Source: an uncultured Pseudomonadota bacterium (lineage in GTDB: Bacteria > Oederibacteriota > Muellerivitia > Muellerivitales > Muellerivitaceae). From it: 64,000 nucleotides of DNA. The stretch lies in assembly GCA_963836235.1 (NCBI GenBank), contig CAWIIP010000004.1, positions 864,001 through 928,000 of the forward strand, written 5' to 3'. Numbering within the stretch: position 1 is the first letter of the stretch; every line of letters begins with the position of its first letter. This document shows, in pieces, positions 30,072-39,136 of this stretch. Both the position numbers and the translations under genes were made by a program. Below the pieces are notes generated by a model, which did no database searches, was not told the DNA's origin, and saw only the letters and a program-made list of their open reading frames with translations.

Positions 30072-31276
30072 GGATAAGAAGATACGAAGCGCCCACTATT
30101 CAAGAAGCTCTGATGAAGGTGAAAAAAGATTTGGGACCAGAAGCTGTGATCTTATACACAAAAACATTTCGCAAAGGCGGAGTTTTGGGAATGTTTGGAA
30201 AATCTATGGCGGAAATTACCGCGGGGATTGACTTGAATCTTCTAGATGATGTAGTTAAGAAGAAAACGACGCTGAACTCAGTGATGCCAGTAATTGATAG
30301 AGGGGAAATATCTCCGGTTCGTTCATCTACTCCTTCTGGAGCTCAATCACCCATTCTTTCAACAATGGGTTCTTTAGATCCGGCCCGGGCGAAGGTCAAG
30401 GCTCTTCAAAGAGAATTAAATGAAATGAAAACATCCAGTGTGGCAATGGCTTTGCGGGATTTAAATCCAGCAGATACGCCTGGGTTTCTTTCCGAGGGAT
30501 TTAATCAAATCAAAAAAAAATTTTTAAAGCAAGAAGTGGAAGATTTTCTCATTCAAAAAATGATTAAAGGAATGATTGCCGATAGAATTGATCCTGAAAA
30601 TAGTGCCGAAGTTTTTGCTTGGACCATTCGTTTTGTTGCTGGTACCGTCAAGATTGCAGCATCTTCGCACGAGGTCAAGTTTCAGCGTGTGATAGCTTTT
30701 GTTGGCCCGACTGGCGTTGGTAAAACTACGACTTTGGCTAAATTGGCTGCCCGCTATAGTCTCATGGAACGGAAAAAAGTGGCAATGGTGACAGCCGACA
30801 CTTATCGCATCGCCGCAACAGAACAACTGAAAACTTATGGAAAAATTATGGGAATACCAGTTGATGTTGCGGATTCAGCAGATGATATTTCTGGGATTTT
30901 GACTAAATATAAGAATGTGGATTTGGTTTTGGTGGATACTGCTGGACGCAGTCCGTCGAGCGATGAACAACTCGACGAACTAAAAAAATTTATAGCTCAA
31001 AGCCAACCGGACGAAATTCACTTAGTTTTATCCGCGACCACAAAGTATTTTGACATGATTCGAATAATTGAAAGATTTGGTTCGGCCGTTCCAATAAACC
31101 GAATGATTTTCACTAAATTAGATGAGACCCGATATTATGGGGCTTTTTTAAACCTTATGAATAATTTTCAAATTCCTCTATCTTATTATGCAACCGGTCA
31201 AAATGTCCCGGACGATTTGGAAATGCCAGAAACTCAGTCATTGTCCGAACGAATAACTAGGATGCTTTTAACATAA
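30068..31276 (+). CDS. flhF: Flagellar biosynthesis GTPase FlhF
   Basis: GPTGVGKTTTLAKLA, DTYRIAA, DTAGRS, TKLDE, GQNVPDD. Confidence 0.96.
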   Translation: MRIRRYEAPTIQEALMKVKKDLGPEAVILYTKTFRKGGVLGMFGKSMAEITAGIDLNLLDDVVKKKTTLNSVMPVIDRGEISPVRSSTPSGAQSPILSTMGSLDPARAKVKALQRELNEMKTSSVAMALRDLNPADTPGFLSEGFNQIKKKFLKQEVEDFLIQKMIKGMIADRIDPENSAEVFAWTIRFVAGTVKIAASSHEVKFQRVIAFVGPTGVGKTTTLAKLAARYSLMERKKVAMVTADTYRIAATEQLKTYGKIMGIPVDVADSADDISGILTKYKNVDLVLVDTAGRSPSSDEQLDELKKFIAQSQPDEIHLVLSATTKYFDMIRIIERFGSAVPINRMIFTKLDETRYYGAFLNLMNNFQIPLSYYATGQNVPDDLEMPETQSLSERITRMLLT

Positions 31277-31285
31277 GGAGAATTT

Positions 31286-32188
31286 TTGCAAGATCAAGCG
31301 GAAAACCTTCGTCAATTGATGGGCCGAATGACTACTCCGGATATTTTGGGGGAAGAAGTGGTTCCTGTGTCCCGTTGCCGAATAATTGCGGTTACAAGCG
31401 GAAAAGGAGGTGTAGGTAAAACAAATATTTCGGTGAACTTGGCACTGGCTTTTGCGAATAAAGGAAAGAATGTTCTCTTATATGACGCAGATATGGGACT
31501 TGCAAATGTAGATGTACTGCTAGGGATTATTCCCCGATTTACGCTTCTTAATGTGTTAAACGGTCAAAAAAATCTTAAAGAAGTTATTGTTGAGGGCCCT
31601 GGAGGAATTCATTTAGTGGCTTCGGGTTCCGGTGGGGTTCAGGAACTTGCGGATTTAAATGAAGCCCAAAGGAGTAAGTTTTTAGAAGCTCTTTTAGAAT
31701 TGCAACATCAATCAGAAATAATCCTTATTGACACTGGTGCTGGTCTTCAGCGCAATGTATTGGCGTTCGCTTTGGCGGCTGAAGAGGTTATAGTTGTTAC
31801 TACCCCGGAGCCTACGGCTCTGATGGATGCTTATGGAATGATTAAAATTCTTCACCGAGAAAAAAAGAATCCAACGATTAATGTTGTAGTTAATATGGCT
31901 GCAAATCAGGCAGATGCTGATGAAGCCGGAAAAAAATTGGTTTTATTGTCAAAAAGATTTTTGAGTTTAAATATCGAATATGTTGGTTTTGTTCCGCGTG
32001 ATGCGGGGATGATTAGGGCGGTAAAAGAACAAAAACCAGTAATGCTATCTTCGCCCTTAAGCCCGGCTGCGGTTCATCTGAATCGGTTGGCAGAAATCTT
32101 TTTATCGGGGAAAACTCCGATTGGTGACGGAAATTTACTCCAGTTTTTTAAAAAAGTTACAAAAATTTTTAGCGGAAATGGTGATTAA
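31286..32188 (+). CDS. flhG: MinD/ParA-family ATPase FlhG (FleN)
   Basis: DQAENLR, SGKGGVGKT, DADMGLAN, TPEPTA. Confidence 0.95.
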   Translation: MQDQAENLRQLMGRMTTPDILGEEVVPVSRCRIIAVTSGKGGVGKTNISVNLALAFANKGKNVLLYDADMGLANVDVLLGIIPRFTLLNVLNGQKNLKEVIVEGPGGIHLVASGSGGVQELADLNEAQRSKFLEALLELQHQSEIILIDTGAGLQRNVLAFALAAEEVIVVTTPEPTALMDAYGMIKILHREKKNPTINVVVNMAANQADADEAGKKLVLLSKRFLSLNIEYVGFVPRDAGMIRAVKEQKPVMLSSPLSPAAVHLNRLAEIFLSGKTPIGDGNLLQFFKKVTKIFSGNGD

Positions 32189-32288
32189 AATGCTATCGAA
32201 ATAGATGGTGGTTGGAGTTGGATCTGGGCAAAAGGACTATGTTGTTTTTTGATTGCCAAGAATTAAGTGGGTGTAATCAAAATATATA

Positions 32289-32723
32289 GTGGGGGAAAAA
32301 ATGGCACAGCGTGAAAAAGATCGTCTTTACTATGAAATTACAAAGGAAAAACCTTTTGGCTCTTTTCAAATGTTGCTGGTGGGTGGTTCCGCTGGTTCTG
32401 TCACTGGTTTTTTGATTGCTTCATTGGTGGGAGCGTATGAAGGAATAGAAATGGATATTTTAGTTTTTGTTTTTTTAGTGGCTTCTTTTTTAGGATTTTT
32501 CTTTGGGGCAATTCTCATGTGGTTTTGTCTTCGTTATTTTGGAAAATTAATCGCAGATATTCCCTTGGTGGGTGAGATTCCTTCGATTAACTCATTTGAA
32601 GAAACCGAGGATTCTTCGAAGCCCTTAATTTCACCTGAAGAAAGTCCGATTCTTGGGAACGAAGAGGAAAAAGGGAAATCGGTGGATTTTGTATTTCCCG
32701 AGCTTTCCCCTGACAAGCAATAG
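32289..32723 (+). CDS. Hypothetical two-TM membrane protein with acidic tail
   Basis: 144 aa, two hydrophobic helices, acidic C-terminus; between flhG and fliA. Confidence 0.6.
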   Translation: MGEKMAQREKDRLYYEITKEKPFGSFQMLLVGGSAGSVTGFLIASLVGAYEGIEMDILVFVFLVASFLGFFFGAILMWFCLRYFGKLIADIPLVGEIPSINSFEETEDSSKPLISPEESPILGNEEEKGKSVDFVFPELSPDKQ

Positions 32724-33569
32724 TTGAAGAAGATGTCGGAAGAAAATTTAAAATCATTTTGGGAACGACACTTAAAAAAGAAAGTGGATCTACAGGCACG
32801 TGAAGAGTTAGCCAAGGCCTATTTTTTTTTGGTAGAAGCTGAAACCAGGAGAATGCTGGCTCGGTTGCCTATTAGAGTTTATTGGGAAAAGAAAGAAGAT
32901 CTTGGTTCAGCAGGAGTTATTGGTCTTTTGCAAGCTTTAGATCATTTTGTTCCGCCCAAGGGAAAACATTTTGATCCGGGTCGGGCATTTGAAGCTTATG
33001 CCAGATATAGGATTCGCGGTCAAATGGTTGATGAACTACGAAATTTGGATTTTGCAAGGCGAAACTTAAGAAAACAAGCTAGAGCTATTCAGGATGCGGA
33101 GAGAAAACTGGAAGGTCGTTTAGGAAGACCTCCGCGAGAGGAAGAAACAGCTAAAATCCTTGGTATCCCCTTAAACGAATTGTACGATTGGGTAGCTGAA
33201 ATTAATATGCTCAATCTCCTGTCCTTAGATGCAGAAACGGCCGAAGGGGGTGGCGGTTCTTGGGCGGATCTCATAGCAGATTCTGCTGCCGAGAATCCAC
33301 TTGATAAAGTTGAGAAACAAGAGAAAATTGAGCGGGTTGAGATAGCACTTAAAAAATTAGGAGTTTCAGAACAGAAAGTGCTTCAACTTTATTATGTTGA
33401 AATGCTTACCTTTAAAGAAATTGGAAAGGTTATAGAAGTAAGTGAATCACGAATTTGTCAGATTCATCATATGGCGGTCTTTCGGTTGCAAGAATTAGTG
33501 GACGAGAGGAGGAAGCATGGCAATACTCAAGGACGCGAACGGATACACAACAATCACTACCGAAAGTGA
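32724..33569 (+). CDS. fliA: RNA polymerase sigma factor FliA/WhiG (sigma28)
   Basis: EDLGSAGVIGLLQA, RIRGQMVDELR, LYYVEMLTFKEIG...SESRICQIH; start could be ATG 32733. Confidence 0.92.
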   Translation: MKKMSEENLKSFWERHLKKKVDLQAREELAKAYFFLVEAETRRMLARLPIRVYWEKKEDLGSAGVIGLLQALDHFVPPKGKHFDPGRAFEAYARYRIRGQMVDELRNLDFARRNLRKQARAIQDAERKLEGRLGRPPREEETAKILGIPLNELYDWVAEINMLNLLSLDAETAEGGGGSWADLIADSAAENPLDKVEKQEKIERVEIALKKLGVSEQKVLQLYYVEMLTFKEIGKVIEVSESRICQIHHMAVFRLQELVDERRKHGNTQGRERIHNNHYRK

Positions 33570-35199
33570 TGGGGTTTATTTAACAATTTTTCCTCCTTCC
33601 GGCAAAGGAACTCGGGTTACCTTAGAAGAGGTTAAAAATGAGCTCCAAAAGAAAAATGTAATTATTGATAATCCTTCAATCATCAATCAGGCTGTGACTC
33701 TGGCGTCAGGTAGGCCTCAAAAGATCATGAACCGAAAAATGGATGAATCGCAAGAACAAGTTTTTGTTGAAATAGCCGACGATGAAATGTCGGCCAAGTT
33801 AACTGTTGTCCCACCGCAAAAAGAGAGTGATCATTTCACTAATATCGATGATGTCCGAAATGCCCTCAAACGCAGAAACGTTATTTATGGCGTCGATGAA
33901 AGTCGGATGGCGGAGATTTCTGCCAAGTTAGGCCAATTAGAGGCATCGAAAGATATTAATGAACCAATTGAAATGGATATTGCCTTTGGAATTTCTACAA
34001 CCAATGGTGAAGATGCACGAATTGAATATCTTTATAAAAAAGCTGAAGAAGAATCTCAAGCTCCGGTTCCAGAAGAAACCGAAGATGGTCGTATAGATTA
34101 TAGAGCTGTACACAAAATTGACAATATTACTAAAGGGACAATTTTAGCTCGTAAAATTCCACCAACTAAAGGCCTATCTGGGATGACGGTCACTGGGAAG
34201 ACACTTGTAGCGGTGGACGGTAAGGACATTGATGTCACCATGGGAAAAGGTGTTGTAGCTTCACCTAATAATAATGAAGAGTGGATTGCGGATACCGATG
34301 GCCAGGTAATTATTAAGGAAAATAAAATTTCTGTCCTTGCGCTCTATGAGATTCCGGGGGATGTTAATCTTTCAACCGGAAATATTGATTTTATTGGAAC
34401 GGTTATTATTCGAGGGGACGTCAAGGATGGGTTTAAAGTTTATGCCGGAGAAGATCTTGTTGTTAATGGCGTTGTTGAAGGCGCGGAATTGAAATGTAGC
34501 GGCAAGCTTTCGATAGCGGGCGGAGTAAGTGGAAATGATAAAGCTAGAATCGTTTGTGCCGGCGACGCCAACATTAAATATATTCGAAATGCTATTGTGG
34601 AAATTGGGGGTAGCTTGACCTCCGGACAGGCTATTATGCATAGCAAAGTTACGGTTGGAAAAAAGGTTACCGTTGCTGGCAAAAAAGGCGTGATTGTGGG
34701 TGGGCAAGTTATTGCAGGTGAGGAAGTTAATGCGGCGTCTATGGGTTCGAATTTTGCTACGCCAACCGAAGTAATTGTTGGTGAGGCCGTAGGACTCAGA
34801 GATGAACTTCAAAAAATGGAAAATGAACTAAAGATTGGGATCGAGAATCTGGACAAAACAAAAAAGGGGATTCAGTTTTTGAAAGACCTACAAGTTAAAA
34901 TGGGAGGAAATCTTCCACCTGAAAAAAAAGAGCTATTAACAAAGTTAACGAGGGCTCAGTTTAAACTTATGGCTGATACGAAAATGATGGCGGAGAAAAA
35001 ACAAGACTTGGAAAAAAAAGAGCATGATGGAGCTGATGACCGCAGACGTCATGCCAAAGTTACCTGCATGGGTGTGATTCATACTGGGGTGAAGATTACT
35101 ATCAATAAGGCTAACCGCCAAATTTCGGAAGAGTTAAAGTACTGCACTTTAACGGAGTCCGATGGCGAAGTTAAAGTGGGACCTTTTCGAGGGAATTGA
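33517..35199 (+). CDS. DUF342 / FapA family flagellar assembly protein
   Basis: DGRIDYR, GDVNLSTGNIDF.G, IVGG...AG beta-helix repeats. Confidence 0.9.
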   Translation: MAILKDANGYTTITTESDGVYLTIFPPSGKGTRVTLEEVKNELQKKNVIIDNPSIINQAVTLASGRPQKIMNRKMDESQEQVFVEIADDEMSAKLTVVPPQKESDHFTNIDDVRNALKRRNVIYGVDESRMAEISAKLGQLEASKDINEPIEMDIAFGISTTNGEDARIEYLYKKAEEESQAPVPEETEDGRIDYRAVHKIDNITKGTILARKIPPTKGLSGMTVTGKTLVAVDGKDIDVTMGKGVVASPNNNEEWIADTDGQVIIKENKISVLALYEIPGDVNLSTGNIDFIGTVIIRGDVKDGFKVYAGEDLVVNGVVEGAELKCSGKLSIAGGVSGNDKARIVCAGDANIKYIRNAIVEIGGSLTSGQAIMHSKVTVGKKVTVAGKKGVIVGGQVIAGEEVNAASMGSNFATPTEVIVGEAVGLRDELQKMENELKIGIENLDKTKKGIQFLKDLQVKMGGNLPPEKKELLTKLTRAQFKLMADTKMMAEKKQDLEKKEHDGADDRRRHAKVTCMGVIHTGVKITINKANRQISEELKYCTLTESDGEVKVGPFRGN

Positions 35200-35260
35200 A
35201 AATTTAATTTCGAACAATTTTTAGAGTTTTATAACTCGATTAATACTAAGAGGAGTCAAA

Positions 35261-35941
35261 TTGGAGCTTTTTTATATACTACAAATTCTTTTTGACGGTG
35301 TTTTATTGTTTGGGATACTTTTTTTATTTCATTTTTCCGTTCATCAAACACAAAAAAAAGGTGAAGTGTCCGATGCTTTGAAAGACATTCAAGTACAGGA
35401 AATTAAGGAAAATCTTCAAGAACTCTTATTGACGCTTAAGCAACTGGGAAAGGAAGTGTCTGACAATATTCAAGAACACGTGAGTGATGCGGAGTTAAAA
35501 ATCGAAGATTTTAAAATAAATATCTCAAAATTTCAAAAAGATTTAAATAAAGTAAAGAAACTTTCCGATGAGTTAAACATGGAGAGGGTTAGATTGGAAG
35601 AAAAAACGAAAACAATTGAGGCTTCGAAAAATAAGGCTTTCGAAGTAATTCCGCAGGAGAATCAATCTTTGAGAATTGTCGATCAGAAAGTGAAGAAAAA
35701 TAATTCCACGTTCGAATTCAAGAAAAAAACATTGCCGAGAAGTATCGAATTAAATATCTTGGAAAATAACAAAGGAATATCTGCGGAGTTAATGGGTGTA
35801 GTTTATCATCTTGAGGATTTGCATGTGGAAATGAATGAAATTGTTCGACGGACAAAATTGAGTCGCGCCGAAATTCAATTGATTTTGAATTTACGCGAGA
35901 ATCGTTTTGTGACTTCTGAATTAAGCGCGGCAAAAAGTTGA
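35261..35941 (+). CDS. TM + coiled-coil + C-terminal HTH-like protein (DUF2802/SwrB-like)
   Basis: N-terminal TM, long coiled coil, EIVRRTKLSRAEIQLILNL; downstream of fliA. Confidence 0.55.
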   Translation: MELFYILQILFDGVLLFGILFLFHFSVHQTQKKGEVSDALKDIQVQEIKENLQELLLTLKQLGKEVSDNIQEHVSDAELKIEDFKINISKFQKDLNKVKKLSDELNMERVRLEEKTKTIEASKNKAFEVIPQENQSLRIVDQKVKKNNSTFEFKKKTLPRSIELNILENNKGISAELMGVVYHLEDLHVEMNEIVRRTKLSRAEIQLILNLRENRFVTSELSAAKS

Positions 35942-35974
35942 AAAAAATTTTGCGCGACTGATTATCAAGGACGT

Positions 35975-36622
35975 TTGATGGAAATGGTGTTTTCTTTAGA
36001 AGGTATGGGGGCGAGAACGGAATCTGTTGCGTCGGTCGGGCAGTTTTTAAACAAGGACTCAAAACCTGGTTTCGTAGAAAAAATCGTGGGGTCTGGAAGA
36101 TACGTTGTAACTTTGGCGGATGGAAATCAAGTAGTTGCTCAAGGTTCACGAGGGTTAAAACCGGGTAATAGAGTTCAGGTTTTGTCTCGGATTGAAACCT
36201 TGACCAAAAAGAAAGAAATTTCAGAAATCCAGAAGTCTTTGGATAAAGACCCGGGGTTACAAGTAGAAGCGTTTTTTCCCTTGGGGTTTGGCGGTAAAAA
36301 AGCCAAGGCATTTTTGAAGATTTATATTGAAGAAAAAAATGAGGAGCTTTTAGAAAAACGATCTCCTGCGGTTTACTTTATTTTTAATGTTGAGACGGAA
36401 AAACAAGGCAAGCTTCAATGGAGTGTTTATTTGAGAGAACGGCAGATAGCCATTCAGGTTTTTTCTGATTTGGGGGATGCGATGGCTGATGTGTTGAAAG
36501 CGTTGGTAACTAATGTTGAAAAGAATCTGAGAAGTCGTGGTTATTGGTTGTCGTCGCCCACTGTTTATTTAAAGAGCTTTTTTAGGGTTCCTGAAGGTTT
36601 TCGCTTGAATATAAAGGGGTGA
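35975..36622 (+). CDS. Hypothetical protein with FliK-C-like C-terminus
   Basis: VETEKQGKL...IAIQVFSD...NLRSRGY...LNIKG resembles the FliK C-domain; adjacent to an FlhB-like gene. Confidence 0.5.
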   Translation: MMEMVFSLEGMGARTESVASVGQFLNKDSKPGFVEKIVGSGRYVVTLADGNQVVAQGSRGLKPGNRVQVLSRIETLTKKKEISEIQKSLDKDPGLQVEAFFPLGFGGKKAKAFLKIYIEEKNEELLEKRSPAVYFIFNVETEKQGKLQWSVYLRERQIAIQVFSDLGDAMADVLKALVTNVEKNLRSRGYWLSSPTVYLKSFFRVPEGFRLNIKG

Positions 36623-36625
36623 AGG

Positions 36626-36928
36626 ATGAGTCCGATATCACGACACGGAAGGAAAACGACTAGAAAAACCGCTGTGGCGATTCAATATGACCGGGAAGTT
36701 ATGGCAGCTCCGAAGATTGTTGCAAAAGGTCGAGGCGGAGTTGCTGAACGATTGATAGAGCTGGCTCGAGAAAATAATGTTCCAATTGTGGAAGACAAAT
36801 TACTGGTGGAAATGTTGGACCAGTTGAATTTGAATCAAGAAATTCCTGGGGAGTTATATCAAGTGGTTGCCGAAATTTTAGTTGCGGTTTATAAAGCTGA
36901 GGCGGGATTGAAAAAAAGGGCTTCTTGA
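36626..36928 (+). CDS. FlhB C-terminal-like (EscU/YscU switch-like, YlqH-type) protein
   Basis: AVAIQYD...APKIVAKGRG..AERLIELARENNVPIVED...EIP.ELYQVVAEIL. Confidence 0.92.
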   Translation: MSPISRHGRKTTRKTAVAIQYDREVMAAPKIVAKGRGGVAERLIELARENNVPIVEDKLLVEMLDQLNLNQEIPGELYQVVAEILVAVYKAEAGLKKRAS

Positions 36929-36976
36929 TCAATTCAAACGCGTTGGTCATCTAGCGCGAGAAGGGTTATTCTCCAG

Positions 36977-39136
36977 GTGCAAAAAATCTATTTACTTTTA
37001 AACTCATTGGTCTTGAAACCCAAATTTAAAGGGCGTTGCCTGATTTTGTCTCTAGCGGTTTTTGGGCTGACTGCCCAGAGTATATTTGCCCAAACCACTC
37101 CGATATTTGGTCAGCCGTATACTTTTGGTATTGGCCCTAGAGCGATTGGCATGGGTGGCGCTTTTGTTGCGGTTGCGGATGACGCTTCGGCGGCTTATTG
37201 GAATGTTGCGGGATTAGCTCAAATATCGTCTTATGAACTTTCCTTATCTAGCGCGCCGAATTATTTTTATCATAACCAAGATTATATTTCGCCGACTCCT
37301 GGTTCACCCGGCAACAGTCGTGGTTTTGGTTTTCCATGGTACGCTTCTTTGCAGCTGATAATTCCTGTGGCGAAGGATAATACCTTCGGAATATCCTTAT
37401 TCCGTCCGTATCATACTCAGACGGATTTGTTTGCGGGTAATACACTTTATAGCTCCAACCAAACCTCAGAAGGCAGTTATCTTTTGAATCCTACTTTCCA
37501 AGAAAGTGTGATCGAACTCTCCTATGCTGCTCGTCTCCCGGCAGTTAGAAATTTTTCCGTAGGTATCAATATTAAAAGAGTTACCAATGATCCCTATTAC
37601 ATTGCTTACTTCGGATCAGATCCTAACCTAATACAACAGTTGACGAATCCCATTCGAGTGATCGGGTACGGAGTTGATTTAGGAATTCTTTATCGTATTC
37701 CAATTACAAAATATTCTGAAGAATTCCGGATTGGACTTGCCTTAAATAATTTGGTCAGCCGTGTCCAATTTTCTAACGGTTTGTTAATTAGTCCGGGGGA
37801 TGGTACTCCTGTTTACTTTAATCCGGGTTCGGGTTCTGAAATCCAAATGCCGCCGCAGATAACTTTGGGAATTGCTTATAAAAATGACTATTTTTTCAAG
37901 ATCCGCAATATTACGGCTTTTGATTTTGACCAGATCTCAGATCCAGATTTTGGTTATACAAACAACAAAATTATGCATTTTGGTACGGAATTTTGGTTTT
38001 TTAAAGATGTGGTGGGTATTCGCGCGGGTTATTCAACTCCCTTAAGCACGCCGGGTAACATTAGCATTGGAGGAAGCGTCCGCGCTTTAGGCGGTGATTT
38101 TGAACTGGATGCAGCTTATTTGCAAGCGGTGAGCCCAACAGCAAATATCGCTCAAGGTTCTCAAATTGGAAACATTGATACTGGCGGCATTAATTATGAA
38201 CCTTTTTATATCGGAGCGACTTATCAATTTGGGGGCGGAGAAGAAATCCCGCCGCCCAAGGTTCGGGCTTTTGTTCGACCGGCAGCCTTTACACCATCTC
38301 AAGGAGAAAAAGCGACATTTAGTTTGGATACGACAGAGGATATTGCTATCAATCGTTGGAGCATTCTTATTTATGATCAAACCAACCATTTGGTTCGAGG
38401 ATTAAGGGGAAGCGGGTCTCCTCCGACCAAGCTGCTTTGGGGTGGGGAGAATGAACAATATGAACCGCTTCCACCAGGAGTTTATACTTGGGCGTTTCAA
38501 GTTATGGATCAATTGGATCATGTGGGTTCGACGCCGGTTCAGACGGTTGAAATTTTGGCGCCGTCGGAGGCAGCGGCCGCTAAAGATCCAAGTAAGCTTT
38601 TTGCGATTCGGCAACAGCAGGCCACACTTTTAGCACAAGAAAGACAGCAATTAACCGCTTTGGCCCAACAAAGCCTTAAACAATTATTGGGAACAGATGA
38701 AGTGACACCAACCACTACTACAGCCAGTGAGAATCCAACGCCTGTCGAAGCTGGAGGAAATACAAACTATCCGGCCTTGGGTCTTGAAGGGGTCAGGAGT
38801 TTGACTCCAGGAGAAGGGTTAAATAGTCACAAAGAACCAGATACAAATGGGGACTCAATGCTTGTGGTCAGTTACAAATCAAAACTCAATGACGCTAATT
38901 ATGTTATTCAAGAAGCTGCGGATGTGATGAAAAATGACATAAAAACAGTGGGAACTAAGGATTTTAAATCGATGTTGATTAATGTATATTATGGCCTGCA
39001 GGGAAACGTGCTTTCATTGAAAGCCAATACGGAGGCAGTCGCAAATTATGAATCGGGAAAAATTGATTTGTTGAGACTTAAAAATTTATCAGAAATCTCT
39101 ATTAACGGTGTAAAGGTAGGACCGGATGCTCAATAG
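36977..39136 (+). CDS. PorV/FadL-like outer-membrane barrel fused to FlgD-Ig-like and unknown C-terminal domains
   Basis: Signal peptide; GIGPRAIGMGGAFVAVADDASAAYWNVAGL; barrel ends IGATYQFG; then FTP...IYDQTNHLVR...LLWGGENEQYEPLPPGVYT. Confidence 0.75.
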   Translation: MQKIYLLLNSLVLKPKFKGRCLILSLAVFGLTAQSIFAQTTPIFGQPYTFGIGPRAIGMGGAFVAVADDASAAYWNVAGLAQISSYELSLSSAPNYFYHNQDYISPTPGSPGNSRGFGFPWYASLQLIIPVAKDNTFGISLFRPYHTQTDLFAGNTLYSSNQTSEGSYLLNPTFQESVIELSYAARLPAVRNFSVGINIKRVTNDPYYIAYFGSDPNLIQQLTNPIRVIGYGVDLGILYRIPITKYSEEFRIGLALNNLVSRVQFSNGLLISPGDGTPVYFNPGSGSEIQMPPQITLGIAYKNDYFFKIRNITAFDFDQISDPDFGYTNNKIMHFGTEFWFFKDVVGIRAGYSTPLSTPGNISIGGSVRALGGDFELDAAYLQAVSPTANIAQGSQIGNIDTGGINYEPFYIGATYQFGGGEEIPPPKVRAFVRPAAFTPSQGEKATFSLDTTEDIAINRWSILIYDQTNHLVRGLRGSGSPPTKLLWGGENEQYEPLPPGVYTWAFQVMDQLDHVGSTPVQTVEILAPSEAAAAKDPSKLFAIRQQQATLLAQERQQLTALAQQSLKQLLGTDEVTPTTTTASENPTPVEAGGNTNYPALGLEGVRSLTPGEGLNSHKEPDTNGDSMLVVSYKSKLNDANYVIQEAADVMKNDIKTVGTKDFKSMLINVYYGLQGNVLSLKANTEAVANYESGKIDLLRLKNLSEISINGVKVGPDAQ

